From: Bauldia sp.
GTDB lineage: Bacteria > Pseudomonadota > Alphaproteobacteria > Rhizobiales > Kaistiaceae
Assembly: GCA_035651055.1 (NCBI GenBank)
Contig: DASRGK010000107.1
Coordinates: 2,524-66,523, forward strand
Length of the DNA stretch: 64,000 bases
Reading direction: 5' to 3'
Positions 1-8,453 of this stretch are shown piece after piece. A model generated the notes under the pieces. The model saw only the letters and a list, made by a program, of their open reading frames with translations. It ran no database searches and was not told the origin of the DNA. The position numbers were made by a program, and so were the translations under genes. Each line of letters begins with the position of its first letter. Position 1 is the first letter of the stretch.

Positions 1-1071
1 CTCAAAGCAGGTCTCCCAGATGGTCTTGCCGCTGACCGTCGGCGCGTCCTTGTGGAGAAGCCCCGCCTCGCCGAGCGCCTTCAGCACCACCGGCAGACCG
101 CCGGCATAGTAGAACTGCTCCATCAGGAAGCGTCCGGACGGCATCAGGTCGACGATGGTCGGCACGCTGCGGCCGATCCGGTCCCAGTCGTCGAGGTCGA
201 CCGGCACGCCGATGCGGCCGGCGAGCGCCAGCAGGTGGATGACGGCGTTGGTCGAGCCGCCGACGGCGGCATTGACCCGGATCGCGTTCTCGAAGTTCTC
301 CCGGGTCAGGATCTTCGACATGACGAGGTCCTCATGGACCATGTCGACGATCCGCCGGCCGGCAAGCTGGGCGAGCACCATGCGGCGGGAATCGACCGCC
401 GGGATCGCGGCATTGCCGGGCATGCCCATGCCGAGGCTTTCCACCATCGAGGCCATGGTCGAAGCGGTGCCCATGGTCATGCAATGGCCGGGGGAACGCG
501 CCATCGCCGCTTCCGAATCGAGGAAGTCGGACAGCGACATCCTCCCGGCCTTCACGTCCTCGCTGAAGCGCCAGATGTCGGTGCCCGAACCGATTTCCTG
601 CCCGCGGAACTGGCCGTTCAGCATCGGGCCGCCGGAAACCGCGATCGCCGGAATATCGCAGCTTGCCGCGCCCATCAGCAGGGCCGGCGTGGTCTTGTCG
701 CAGCCGACGAGCAGGATGACACCGTCGATGGGATTGCCGCGGATCGATTCCTCAACATCCATGCTGACGAGGTTGCGGAAGAGCATGGCGGTCGGGCGGA
801 GGTTGGACTCGCCCAGCGACATCACCGGGAATTCCAGCGGGAAGCCGCCGGCCTCCAGCACGCCGCGCTTCACGCGCTCGGCGATCTGCCGGAAATGGGC
901 GTTGCAGGGGGTCAACTCCGACCAGGTGTTGCAGATGCCGATGACCGGGCGGCCGTCGAAGGAATCCGCCGGCATTCCTTCGTTTTTCATCCAGCTCCGG
1001 TGCATCATGGAATCGCGGTCGTTGCCGCCGAACCAGGCCTGCGAACGAAGCTGCCTGCCGTTTTTCGCCAT
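1..1071 (-). CDS. IlvD/Edd-family dehydratase (sugar-acid or dihydroxy-acid dehydratase); C-terminal part lies beyond the left edge
   Basis: Reverse-strand translation from ATG (cat at 1069-1071) reads MAKNGRQLRSQAWFGGNDRDSMMHRSWMKNEGMP...VGCDKTTPALLMGAASCDIPAI...SPGHCMTMGTASTMASM...AAVGGSTNAVIHLLALAGR. I recognise these blocks from IlvD/Edd dehydratases. The frame stays open to base 1. It is absent from the supplied track because no stop lies in the window. Confidence 0.85.
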   Translation of the reverse strand, partial: MAKNGRQLRSQAWFGGNDRDSMMHRSWMKNEGMPADSFDGRPVIGICNTWSELTPCNAHFRQIAERVKRGVLEAGGFPLEFPVMSLGESNLRPTAMLFRNLVSMDVEESIRGNPIDGVILLVGCDKTTPALLMGAASCDIPAIAVSGGPMLNGQFRGQEIGSGTDIWRFSEDVKAGRMSLSDFLDSEAAMARSPGHCMTMGTASTMASMVESLGMGMPGNAAIPAVDSRRMVLAQLAGRRIVDMVHEDLVMSKILTRENFENAIRVNAAVGGSTNAVIHLLALAGRIGVPVDLDDWDRIGRSVPTIVDLMPSGRFLMEQFYYAGGLPVVLKALGEAGLLHKDAPTVSGKTIWETCFE

Positions 1072-1246
1072 AACGCCCTGCCCCGCCTTGCCTGTTTTCC
1101 CGAGCAGACCATTCCTGCCCGAGGCGCGCAATGGGCGGGCTGACGCGGAAGCCACGCGGGAATGCGGCGCGGGGCCCATCGCGAGGAACAACCTCAACCG
1201 CATGGCGTTGACGGCGAGGTTTCACCCAAAAGACGGGAGACATTCC

Positions 1247-1747
1247 GTGGCCAAGACCCCGAAGACGCTTGACGAGCTGTTTCACGACACGCTGAAGGAC
1301 ATCTACTTCGCCGAGAAGAAGATCCTGGCGACGCTGCCCAAGATGGCGAAGGCGGCCCAGAACGCGGATCTCAAGGCGGCCTTCGCCGAGCACCGCGAAC
1401 AGACCGAGGGACACGTCGAGCGCCTCGAAAAGGTGTTCGGCATGATCGACAAGAAGCCGCAGGGCAAGACCTGCGCCGCGATCCTCGGCATCACCGACGA
1501 GGGCGCCGAGATCATGGAGGAATATGAGGGCTCGCCGGCGCTCGACGCCGGCCTGATCGCGGCGGCGCAGGCGGTCGAGCACTACGAGATTTCGCGCTAC
1601 GGGACCTTGCGCACCTGGGCCGAGGAAATGGGCCTCGACGACGCCGCGGAACTCCTTCAGGAGACGCTGGACGAGGAAGAGGCGACGGACGAGAAGCTGA
1701 CCGAGATCGCGGAGGACGTGGTCAACCAGGAGGCGGAGGCCGCCTGA
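1247..1747 (+). CDS. Ferritin-like DUF892 protein (YciE/YciF-like)
   Basis: GTG at 1247 is preceded by GGGAGA (1235-1240). The product VAKTPKTLDELFHDTLKDIYFAEKKIL...AQAVEHYEISRYGTL resembles the YciE/YciF four-helix ferritin-like family. Track ORF 155..1747 is an artefactual upstream extension of the same frame. Confidence 0.75.
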   Translation: MAKTPKTLDELFHDTLKDIYFAEKKILATLPKMAKAAQNADLKAAFAEHREQTEGHVERLEKVFGMIDKKPQGKTCAAILGITDEGAEIMEEYEGSPALDAGLIAAAQAVEHYEISRYGTLRTWAEEMGLDDAAELLQETLDEEEATDEKLTEIAEDVVNQEAEAA

Positions 1748-1791
1748 GCGACCGCTTACCCGCACGGGAGCGGGTGTAGTAGACGGAGGCA

Positions 1792-3471
1792 ATGCCCCGG
1801 CTCAACGCCACCGAAGTCGCCGGACTCCTCACCGAATTGAGCCGCCGGTCGGCACTGGCCGGCGGCAATCCCTATCGCGCCCGCGCCTATGCCCGCGCCG
1901 CCGACGCGATCGGCACGATCGGAACCTCGCTCGACGAGGTGATCGCCGCCGGCAGGCTGCGCTCGATCGAGGGGATCGGCGACACGATCGCCGACATCGT
2001 CACGCAGCTGCATGAGACCGGCACCCACCCGACGCTCGAAAAGCTTCGCCGGGACGTGCCGGCGAGCGTCCTCGAAATGCTGACGGTTCCGGGGTTGCGG
2101 CCGGACAAAGTGACGATGCTTTATCGCGACCTTGGCATCCGCTCCCTGGCGGAGCTGGAAGCGGCGGCGCGCGCCGACAGGCTGAAGCGCGTGAAGGGGA
2201 TCGGCGCCGCGCTGCAGGCGAAGATCATCGAGGGCATCGCGGTGCGCGAGGAAGCCGGCAATGCCCGGCACATGAACCGCGCCGCCGACCTCATTGCCGC
2301 CGCGCAACGCGACCTCGAACGGTCTGACTACCGCCCGAGCCGGGTCACGCCGGCGGGCGATTTCCGGCGTTCAAGCGAGCTGGTCCGGGACATTTCCTTC
2401 GTCGTCGAGTTGCCGGAACATGCCGGGCCGCCAGAGACGCTCGCGGCCGGCGGCCTCACCGTCACGCTGACCGATCCGGCGCATGCGGGAGCCGCGCTGC
2501 TCATGGCGACCGGCTCCGCGGAGCACCTCGCCGAACTCCGCCGGCTCGCCGGGGCGAAGAACATGGAGCTGCGGCCGGAAGGCCTCGTGCGCGGAACCAA
2601 GGTGGTGGCGGCGGCAAGCGAAGCGGACATCTACCGGGCGCTCGGCCTCGACTTCATCCCGCCGGAACTGCGCGAGGGACGCGGCGAGATCGAGCTGGCG
2701 GGCCGGCACAGGTTACCGGTCCTGGTGGAGGAGAACGACCTCCGCGGCATCCTCCATGCCCACACCGTCGCCTCGGACGGGGTCAACACGCTGGAGGAAA
2801 TGGCCGACGCTACGCTCGCGCGCGGCTACCAGTATTTCGGCATTGCCGACCATTCGCGCTCCGCCTTCTACGCCGGCGGGCTCAGCCTCGAAGAGATCGC
2901 CGAACAGCAGGCGGAGGTCGCCCGGCTCAACCGGAAATACGGCCGGCGATTTCACGTCTTCCACGGGATCGAGTCGGACATCCTCGTCGACGGCGCGCTC
3001 GACTATCCGGACGATGTCCTCGCCGGCTTCGACTTCGTCGTGGCGAGCGTCCACAGCCGGTTCAAGCTGGACGAGAAGAAGCAGACCGAACGGATTCTGG
3101 CCGCGGTCCGCCATCCGGCGACGACGATTCTCGGACACATGACCGGGCGCCAGCTGCTCCGCCGCGCCGGCTACGACATCGATGTCGAGGCGGTGCTCGC
3201 CGCCTGCGCCGAGCACGGCGTTGCGGTCGAGATCAACGGCAATCCGTGGCGGCTCGACCTCGACTGGCGCTGGCACCGGCGGGGCCTTGAACTCGGCTGC
3301 ATGTTCAGCATCAACCCGGACGCGCATTCGATTGCCGAGATCGACCTGACCCACTGGGGCCTGCTGATCGCGCGGAAAGGCGGCATCCCGAAGGAGCACG
3401 TGCTGAACTGCCTGAGCCGGGCCGAAATCGAGGCCTTCTTCAGGAAACGCCGCCAGCGCTGGCAGCGCTGA
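1792..3471 (+). CDS. polX: Family X DNA polymerase with C-terminal PHP phosphoesterase domain (PolX)
   Basis: 559 aa. Helix-hairpin-helix blocks (IEGIGDTIADIV, VKGIGAALQAKI) are followed by PHP-type histidine motifs (LHAHTVASDG, IADHS, ASVHS, INPDAHS). GGAGG sits 5 nt upstream of the ATG. Confidence 0.85.
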   Translation: MPRLNATEVAGLLTELSRRSALAGGNPYRARAYARAADAIGTIGTSLDEVIAAGRLRSIEGIGDTIADIVTQLHETGTHPTLEKLRRDVPASVLEMLTVPGLRPDKVTMLYRDLGIRSLAELEAAARADRLKRVKGIGAALQAKIIEGIAVREEAGNARHMNRAADLIAAAQRDLERSDYRPSRVTPAGDFRRSSELVRDISFVVELPEHAGPPETLAAGGLTVTLTDPAHAGAALLMATGSAEHLAELRRLAGAKNMELRPEGLVRGTKVVAAASEADIYRALGLDFIPPELREGRGEIELAGRHRLPVLVEENDLRGILHAHTVASDGVNTLEEMADATLARGYQYFGIADHSRSAFYAGGLSLEEIAEQQAEVARLNRKYGRRFHVFHGIESDILVDGALDYPDDVLAGFDFVVASVHSRFKLDEKKQTERILAAVRHPATTILGHMTGRQLLRRAGYDIDVEAVLAACAEHGVAVEINGNPWRLDLDWRWHRRGLELGCMFSINPDAHSIAEIDLTHWGLLIARKGGIPKEHVLNCLSRAEIEAFFRKRRQRWQR

Positions 3472-3475
3472 AACG

Positions 3476-4738
3476 TCAAAAGAAGGTGTGGACGGCGTCG
3501 ACGACGTTGTAGTCGTCGTCGATGACCGGGATGAGGCGCCATTTGTCGAAGGCGGTGCAGGGATGCGAGATGCCGCAGCCGACGAGATCGCCGACCGCCA
3601 GCGGATCTTCGGCGGACAGGCGGATGAAGGCGTGCTGGTCGTTGAGGCCGGTGACTGTCATCGCGCCGCGGGCACTCCGCCGCTCCCTGCCGTTCCACAC
3701 CTCGGTCGGCACCGGATAGCCCGCGTCGAAGGGCACGTCGCGGCGGCCGAGGCAGAGAAGCGCCAGTTCCGGCTCCGGACGCGACAGGACCACGCCCCAA
3801 GCCTCCAGCGCCGGACGAAGGCGGTCGGCGCCGCCCCGATGCGAGCCCATCGGCGAGGACGCGTCGTAGATGCCGTCATCGTGGGTGAGGTAGCAGCCGC
3901 TGCGGAGGACCAGGCGGATGGGGAGTCCGCCGTAGTTTCCGCCGAGATGTTTCACCACCAGGTCGAAGGCTTCGCTGCCGCCGGCGGTGACCAGGAATTC
4001 GCCGTCGCCGCCGATTTCACCGCGCCCGGCCAGCGTTTCGACGAGGCGGCGAAGCTCTTCGAGGAAGCGCTCGATCGGCGGGCCGTCGTGGAGAATCCCT
4101 TCGAAGCACTCGACGCCGGCGAACCGCAGGGCGGATGACGCGAGCACGGCCTTCGCGACATCGAGCGCGCCCTCGACCGTTCGCGCGCCGGTGCGGCCGC
4201 CGCGGACGCCGAGTTCGACGAGGACGGGAATGGGCCGGCCGCGCGGGCGGCCGGCGAGCGCCTTCTCCATCCGCGCGACCGAAGCTGACGAGTCGACCAG
4301 ACAATACGCCTCGAACTTCGCGTCGCGGTCGAGTTCGCCGGCGAGCCAGCGGATCGAATTCGGTTCGACCAGCTGGTTGGCGAGGATGATCCGCTCGATG
4401 CCGAAGGCGCGATAGACGCGCATCTGGCTCGGCGTCGCCGCCGTCATCGCCCAAGCGCCCGCCCCGAGCTGGCGCGCAAACAGTTCAGGGCTCATCGTCG
4501 TCTTGCCGTGCGGCGCCAGCCGGACGCCATGCGCCTCGCACCAGCGCCGCATCAGGGCGAGATTGTGCGCGAGCGCGCTTTCCTTGAGGACGAGGGCGGG
4601 AAGAAACAGGTCGCCCGCGAGCAGATTCCAGCGTTTCCCGGCGACGCTGGCCGGAGTGACGCCTTCGGCCGGCGGGAACCCCTTGTAGCGCCAGTCGATC
4701 GGATCGTCGCGCAGGCGCTGAAGCATCTCGGGCCGCAT
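3476..4738 (-). CDS. PLP-dependent alanine-racemase-fold enzyme of the D-serine dehydratase / D-threonine aldolase (DSD1-like) family
   Basis: 420 aa. It has LAPHGKTTMSPEL (candidate PLP lysine) and the C-terminal block GCGISHPCTAFDKWRLIPVIDDDY typical of this family. It is last in a minus-strand string with 4801..5592 and 5594..5830. Confidence 0.7.
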   Translation of the reverse strand: MRPEMLQRLRDDPIDWRYKGFPPAEGVTPASVAGKRWNLLAGDLFLPALVLKESALAHNLALMRRWCEAHGVRLAPHGKTTMSPELFARQLGAGAWAMTAATPSQMRVYRAFGIERIILANQLVEPNSIRWLAGELDRDAKFEAYCLVDSSASVARMEKALAGRPRGRPIPVLVELGVRGGRTGARTVEGALDVAKAVLASSALRFAGVECFEGILHDGPPIERFLEELRRLVETLAGRGEIGGDGEFLVTAGGSEAFDLVVKHLGGNYGGLPIRLVLRSGCYLTHDDGIYDASSPMGSHRGGADRLRPALEAWGVVLSRPEPELALLCLGRRDVPFDAGYPVPTEVWNGRERRSARGAMTVTGLNDQHAFIRLSAEDPLAVGDLVGCGISHPCTAFDKWRLIPVIDDDYNVVDAVHTFF

Positions 4739-4800
4739 CGGCTACCTCCGGCAGGGCTCCCCGGACTTATCACGGCGCAATCGCCAATGAAAAAGCCCGA

Positions 4801-5592
4801 TCATCCCCCCGGAACGACGGGCGGCGCGACGAGACGATTGACCTTGGCCGAGGCTTCCATCTGAACGAGGTGGCCGGCCCTCGGAATCACCTCGACCGGC
4901 GCGCCGCCACCGTCGCCGGGCGGCGGCAGGATGCGGTCCTCGGCGCCCCAGATGATCCGCGGCGGTGCGGCGAGAGCGGTGATTTCGGCGCGGAGCGGAA
5001 AGAACGAATCGCCCGAGGCGAGGTTTGCGGCGACCGTTTCAAGCGCTGCGCTCACACCGGCGCGGCCGACGAAGGCGAGCGTGTCGGTGACCATCTGGTC
5101 GCTGATGAGCCGCGGATTGGCGACGAGGAGGGAGAGAACGCTCCGCGCTTCGGCGGGGTCGCGGAGATGCGGGAAGCGCGCGATGAAGGTGCGGTTAATC
5201 GGCGGGCCGAATCCGATCGGAGCGATCAGGGTGAGGCTGATCACCCGCTGGGGCCGCCGGCCGGCAAGCCGGGTCGCGATCGCGCCGCCCAGCGAATGGC
5301 CGACGAGATGGAAGCGGTCCGTCCCCGCGGCATCGAGCCAGGCCTCGACCTGGTCGGCGAAGAAGGCGACGGTTCCCGGTCCGACGTCGACGCCGGAGAG
5401 TCCGTGGCCGGGGAGGTCGAGGGCAAGGATGCGGCCGCGCTCGACAAAATGCGGCAGCGTCATCCTCCAGGTAGTGTGGTCGGCGCCGAAGCCGTGGACG
5501 AAGACGTAGAGGGCCTCGCCGGAGCCGCCGGAGACGTAGTGGATGCGGCGGCCGAGCACGCTTGCCGCCGCCGCGGAGACCGTGCCCGCCAT
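4801..5592 (-). CDS. Alpha/beta-fold hydrolase resembling the C-terminal half of AcoC-type E2 proteins
   Basis: The ATG at 5592 lies 1 nt after the stop of the lipoyl protein. The 263-aa product has HGFGADHTTW and the nucleophile elbow LVGHSLGG. The longer track ORF (to 5760) overlaps the lipoyl gene out of frame. Confidence 0.75.
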   Translation of the reverse strand: MAGTVSAAAASVLGRRIHYVSGGSGEALYVFVHGFGADHTTWRMTLPHFVERGRILALDLPGHGLSGVDVGPGTVAFFADQVEAWLDAAGTDRFHLVGHSLGGAIATRLAGRRPQRVISLTLIAPIGFGPPINRTFIARFPHLRDPAEARSVLSLLVANPRLISDQMVTDTLAFVGRAGVSAALETVAANLASGDSFFPLRAEITALAAPPRIIWGAEDRILPPPGDGGGAPVEVIPRAGHLVQMEASAKVNRLVAPPVVPGG

Positions 5593-5593
5593 C

Positions 5594-5830
5594 TCAGCTT
5601 TCGGCGATCTCGGCGAGCAGCGCCCCCACCTCGACAATGTCGTCGACCGCGACGTGCCGCGCCGACAGGGTCCCGGCCACCGGCGCCTCGACCTCGAGGT
5701 TGAGCTTCGGGGTGCCGACGACCACGACCGGCTCACCGGCCGAAACCACGTCGCCGACATTCTTCAGCCATTCGACGATCACGCCCTCGGTGATCTCGGT
5801 GCCGAGCGAGGGGACAACCAGTTTCACCAT
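5594..5830 (-). CDS. Stand-alone biotin/lipoyl-attachment domain protein (78 aa)
   Basis: MVKLVVPSLGTEITEGVIVEWLKNVGDVVSAGEPVVVVGTPKLNLEVEAPVAGTL has the flattened beta-barrel lipoyl-domain pattern, with the candidate lysine in GTPKLNLEVEAP. Confidence 0.75.
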   Translation of the reverse strand: MVKLVVPSLGTEITEGVIVEWLKNVGDVVSAGEPVVVVGTPKLNLEVEAPVAGTLSARHVAVDDIVEVGALLAEIAES

Positions 5831-5887
5831 CCGATCAATCCTCGCGGCCTATCTGTGGTGCCGATCCACGCGACCCTCTATCCGCTT

Positions 5888-5915
5888 ACTTTTGTCTATG
5901 CTAATGAACAAAAGT
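5888..5915. promoter_or_regulatory. Inverted repeat ACTTTTGT-N12-ACAAAAGT in the divergent promoter region
   Basis: Perfect 8-bp arms at 5888-5895 and 5908-5915, AT-rich against the GC-rich background. It lies between the lipoyl gene start (5830) and the E1 start (5966). Confidence 0.35.
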
Positions 5916-5965
5916 CCGCAAGCCCGTTCTCCGACAGGGCGGGTCCGGGCAGGCGCGAGAAGGAC

Positions 5966-8428
5966 ATGCCGAAGGAACTCGTGATCGATCCGGGCGCGAT
6001 GCGGAAACGAGGCGAGATCGCCTTCGCGGGCATTCCGGTCAAACACTATGACACGCCGTTTGCGGAAGAGCGCCGGCAGCGCGGCGACGCCGGGCTCCTG
6101 AATGTGTTCCGCCACATGCTCATCGTCCGCGAGTTCGAGACGATGCTGGGCGAGTTCAAGGCGCGCGGGGCCTATTCCGGCATCGCCTGTGTCTACAAGG
6201 GGCCGGCGCATCTTTCGCTCGGGCAGGAAGGCGCGGCGGTCGGAGCCGCGCTCGCGCTCGAACCGGAAGACCATATTTTCGGCAGTCACCGCAGCCACGG
6301 CGAGTTCATCGCGAAGGGCCTCTCGGCGATCGGCCGCCTCGACCCGGCGGCGCTGACCGCGATCATGGAGACCCACGACGGCGGCAGGCTGCTCTCCGCC
6401 GTCGACCGGATGAAGCCGAAGGACGAGCGCGCCCGCGCCGAATCGTTCCTGCTCCTCGGGCTGCTGGCCGAGATTTTCATGCGCGCGACCGGCTTCAACG
6501 GCGGCATGGGCGGCAGCATGCATGCCTTTTTCCCGCCCTTCGGCGCCTATCCCAACAACGCCATCGTCGGCGCGTCCGCCGGAATCGCCGCCGGTGCCGC
6601 GCTCTACAAGAAGCTGCACGCGCCCGGTTCGGTCACCGTGGCTTTCACCGGCGACGGATCGACCGGCTCCGGCCCGGTCTTCGAGGCGATGAACTTCGCC
6701 GCGATGGCGCAGTACAACCGGCTTTGGCCGGAGCCGTTCAAGGGCGGGCTGCCGGTCCTTTTCTTCTTCGTCAACAATTTCTACGCCATGGGCGGCCAGA
6801 CCATCGGCGAGACGATGGGCTGGGACCGGCTCGCCCGCATCGGCGCCGCGGTCAACCCGGCGAACATGCATGCCGAGACGGTGGACGGCGCCAACCCGCT
6901 TGCCGTCGCCGAAGCCGTCGGGCGGAAGCGCGCCTTGCTCACCGGCGGTCAGGGCCCGGCGCTCCTCGACGTCGAGGTCTACCGCTCGGCCGGCCACTCG
7001 ACCACCGACGCCAACGTTTACCGGAGCCGCGAGGAAATGCAGGCCTGGGCGGCGCATGATCCGATCGTTCTTTTCGCCGCGGAGCTACGGAATGGCGGCC
7101 TCCTTGACCAGGCGGGCGAAGATGCGATGCGCGCCGAGGTCGCCGGGCTGATCCGGACGGTGACCGCGGCGGCGGTCGACCCGGCGGTGTCGCCGGTCAT
7201 TGACGTCGCCTCCGACCCGACCCTCATCGGCCGCCTCATGTTCTCGAACCGCGAGCGTGACGAGGACGGCAAGGCGACACGCCTCAGTGCCGCGCCGGAG
7301 ACCTCAGCGCAGGTGCGACAGCTGGCCAAGAAGAGCCGCACCGGCCGGACGGATGCCGGCGAGAAGCTCTCGCCGATGCGGGCGATCACGGTCCGGGACG
7401 GCCTGTTCGAGGCGCTCCTCGACCGGTTCGCCCGCGACGACAAGCTCATCGCCTACGGTGAGGAGTGCCGGGAATGGGGCGGCGCCTTTGGCGTCTATCG
7501 CGGCCTTGCCGAGGTCCTCCCCTATCACCGCCTCTTCAACGCGCCGATCTCGGAGGCGGCAATCGTCGCCTCCGCGGTCGGCTATGCGATCGAGGGCGGC
7601 CGCGCTGTCGTCGAGCTGATGTATGCCGACTTCATCGGCCGCGCCGGCGACGAGATCTTCAACCAGCTCGCCAAATGGCAGGCGATGTCGGCGGGAGCGC
7701 TGAAGCTGCCGGTGGTGCTGCGCTGTTCGGTCGGCAGCAAGTACGGCGCCCAGCACTCGCAGGACTGGACCGGCCTTATCGCCCACATTCCCGGATTGAA
7801 GCTGGTCTATCCGGCGACGCCCTATGACGCGAAGGGCCTCCTCGCCGCCGCGCTGACCAGTGACGACCCGGTGGTCTTCTTCGAGAGCCAGCGGCTTTAC
7901 GACACGACCGAGATGTTCCGGCCGGGCGGCGTGCCGGTGGAGCCGTATCGCATCCCGATTGGCGAGCCTGACATCAAGCGGGCGGGCGGCGATGTGACGA
8001 TCCTCACCGTCGGTCCTTCCCTCTATTCCGCCATCGCAGCGGCCGAGCAGATCGAGCGCGACCGCCGGATCTCCGTCGAGGTGATCGACGCGCGTTCGCT
8101 GGTTCCCTTCAACTACGACATCGTGCTGGAATCGGTGAAAAAGACGGGCCGTATCCTCCTCGTCTCGGAGGCGAGCGAGCGCGGCAGCTTCCTGATGACG
8201 CTCGCCGCCAATATCGCGCGCTTTGCCTTCGCCGACCTCAAGGTCGCTCCGCGCGTCCTCGGCTCGCCCAACTGGATCGTCCCCGGGGCCGACATGGAAT
8301 CGACCTATTTCCCGCAGGTCGCCGATATCGTCGATATTGTCTGCGGAGAGCTTCTCGAGGACCGGTCGTTCAATCGCCGCGGCATTCGTGCCTGGGACGA
8401 TCGCGACCTGGCCCGCCGGGGACTCTGA
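5966..8428 (+). CDS. Fused E1 alpha+beta component of a thiamine-diphosphate 2-oxoacid/acetoin dehydrogenase
   Basis: The ATG at 5966 gives 820 aa. The alpha part carries GSHRSHGEFIAKG and the TPP motif GDGSTGSGPVFEAMNFAAMAQ...FFFVNNFYAMG. After a charged linker the beta part starts near MRAITVRDGLFEAL and continues with YGEECREWGGAFGVYRGL and a C-terminal transketolase-like domain. The track ORF start at 5543 is an upstream artefact. Confidence 0.85.
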   Translation: MPKELVIDPGAMRKRGEIAFAGIPVKHYDTPFAEERRQRGDAGLLNVFRHMLIVREFETMLGEFKARGAYSGIACVYKGPAHLSLGQEGAAVGAALALEPEDHIFGSHRSHGEFIAKGLSAIGRLDPAALTAIMETHDGGRLLSAVDRMKPKDERARAESFLLLGLLAEIFMRATGFNGGMGGSMHAFFPPFGAYPNNAIVGASAGIAAGAALYKKLHAPGSVTVAFTGDGSTGSGPVFEAMNFAAMAQYNRLWPEPFKGGLPVLFFFVNNFYAMGGQTIGETMGWDRLARIGAAVNPANMHAETVDGANPLAVAEAVGRKRALLTGGQGPALLDVEVYRSAGHSTTDANVYRSREEMQAWAAHDPIVLFAAELRNGGLLDQAGEDAMRAEVAGLIRTVTAAAVDPAVSPVIDVASDPTLIGRLMFSNRERDEDGKATRLSAAPETSAQVRQLAKKSRTGRTDAGEKLSPMRAITVRDGLFEALLDRFARDDKLIAYGEECREWGGAFGVYRGLAEVLPYHRLFNAPISEAAIVASAVGYAIEGGRAVVELMYADFIGRAGDEIFNQLAKWQAMSAGALKLPVVLRCSVGSKYGAQHSQDWTGLIAHIPGLKLVYPATPYDAKGLLAAALTSDDPVVFFESQRLYDTTEMFRPGGVPVEPYRIPIGEPDIKRAGGDVTILTVGPSLYSAIAAAEQIERDRRISVEVIDARSLVPFNYDIVLESVKKTGRILLVSEASERGSFLMTLAANIARFAFADLKVAPRVLGSPNWIVPGADMESTYFPQVADIVDIVCGELLEDRSFNRRGIRAWDDRDLARRGL

Positions 8429-8453
8429 CCGATTTGGCCGGGGGGAAGGCCAG

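Noticed and set aside
1758-1775. Small hairpin ACCCGC-N6-GCGGGT between the DUF892 gene and polX
   Set aside because: It has only a 6-bp stem and no T-tract, and it lies 17 nt before the polX ribosome-binding site. This is insufficient to call a terminator, so the two genes may be co-transcribed.
52-1792. Long track ORFs 52..1143 (+), the first ~360 codons of 155..1747 (+) and 752..1792 (-)
   Set aside because: They overlap the clearly recognisable IlvD/Edd gene (minus strand) or the DUF892 gene in other frames. Their translations are Arg/Ala/Gly/Pro-rich low complexity, which is typical of spurious open frames in GC-rich DNA.
5543-5965. N-terminal 141-codon extension of the E1 ORF
   Set aside because: The extension overlaps the lipoyl-carrier and hydrolase genes on the other strand and has no E1-like sequence. 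A good ATG at 5966 begins the conserved E1-alpha sequence.
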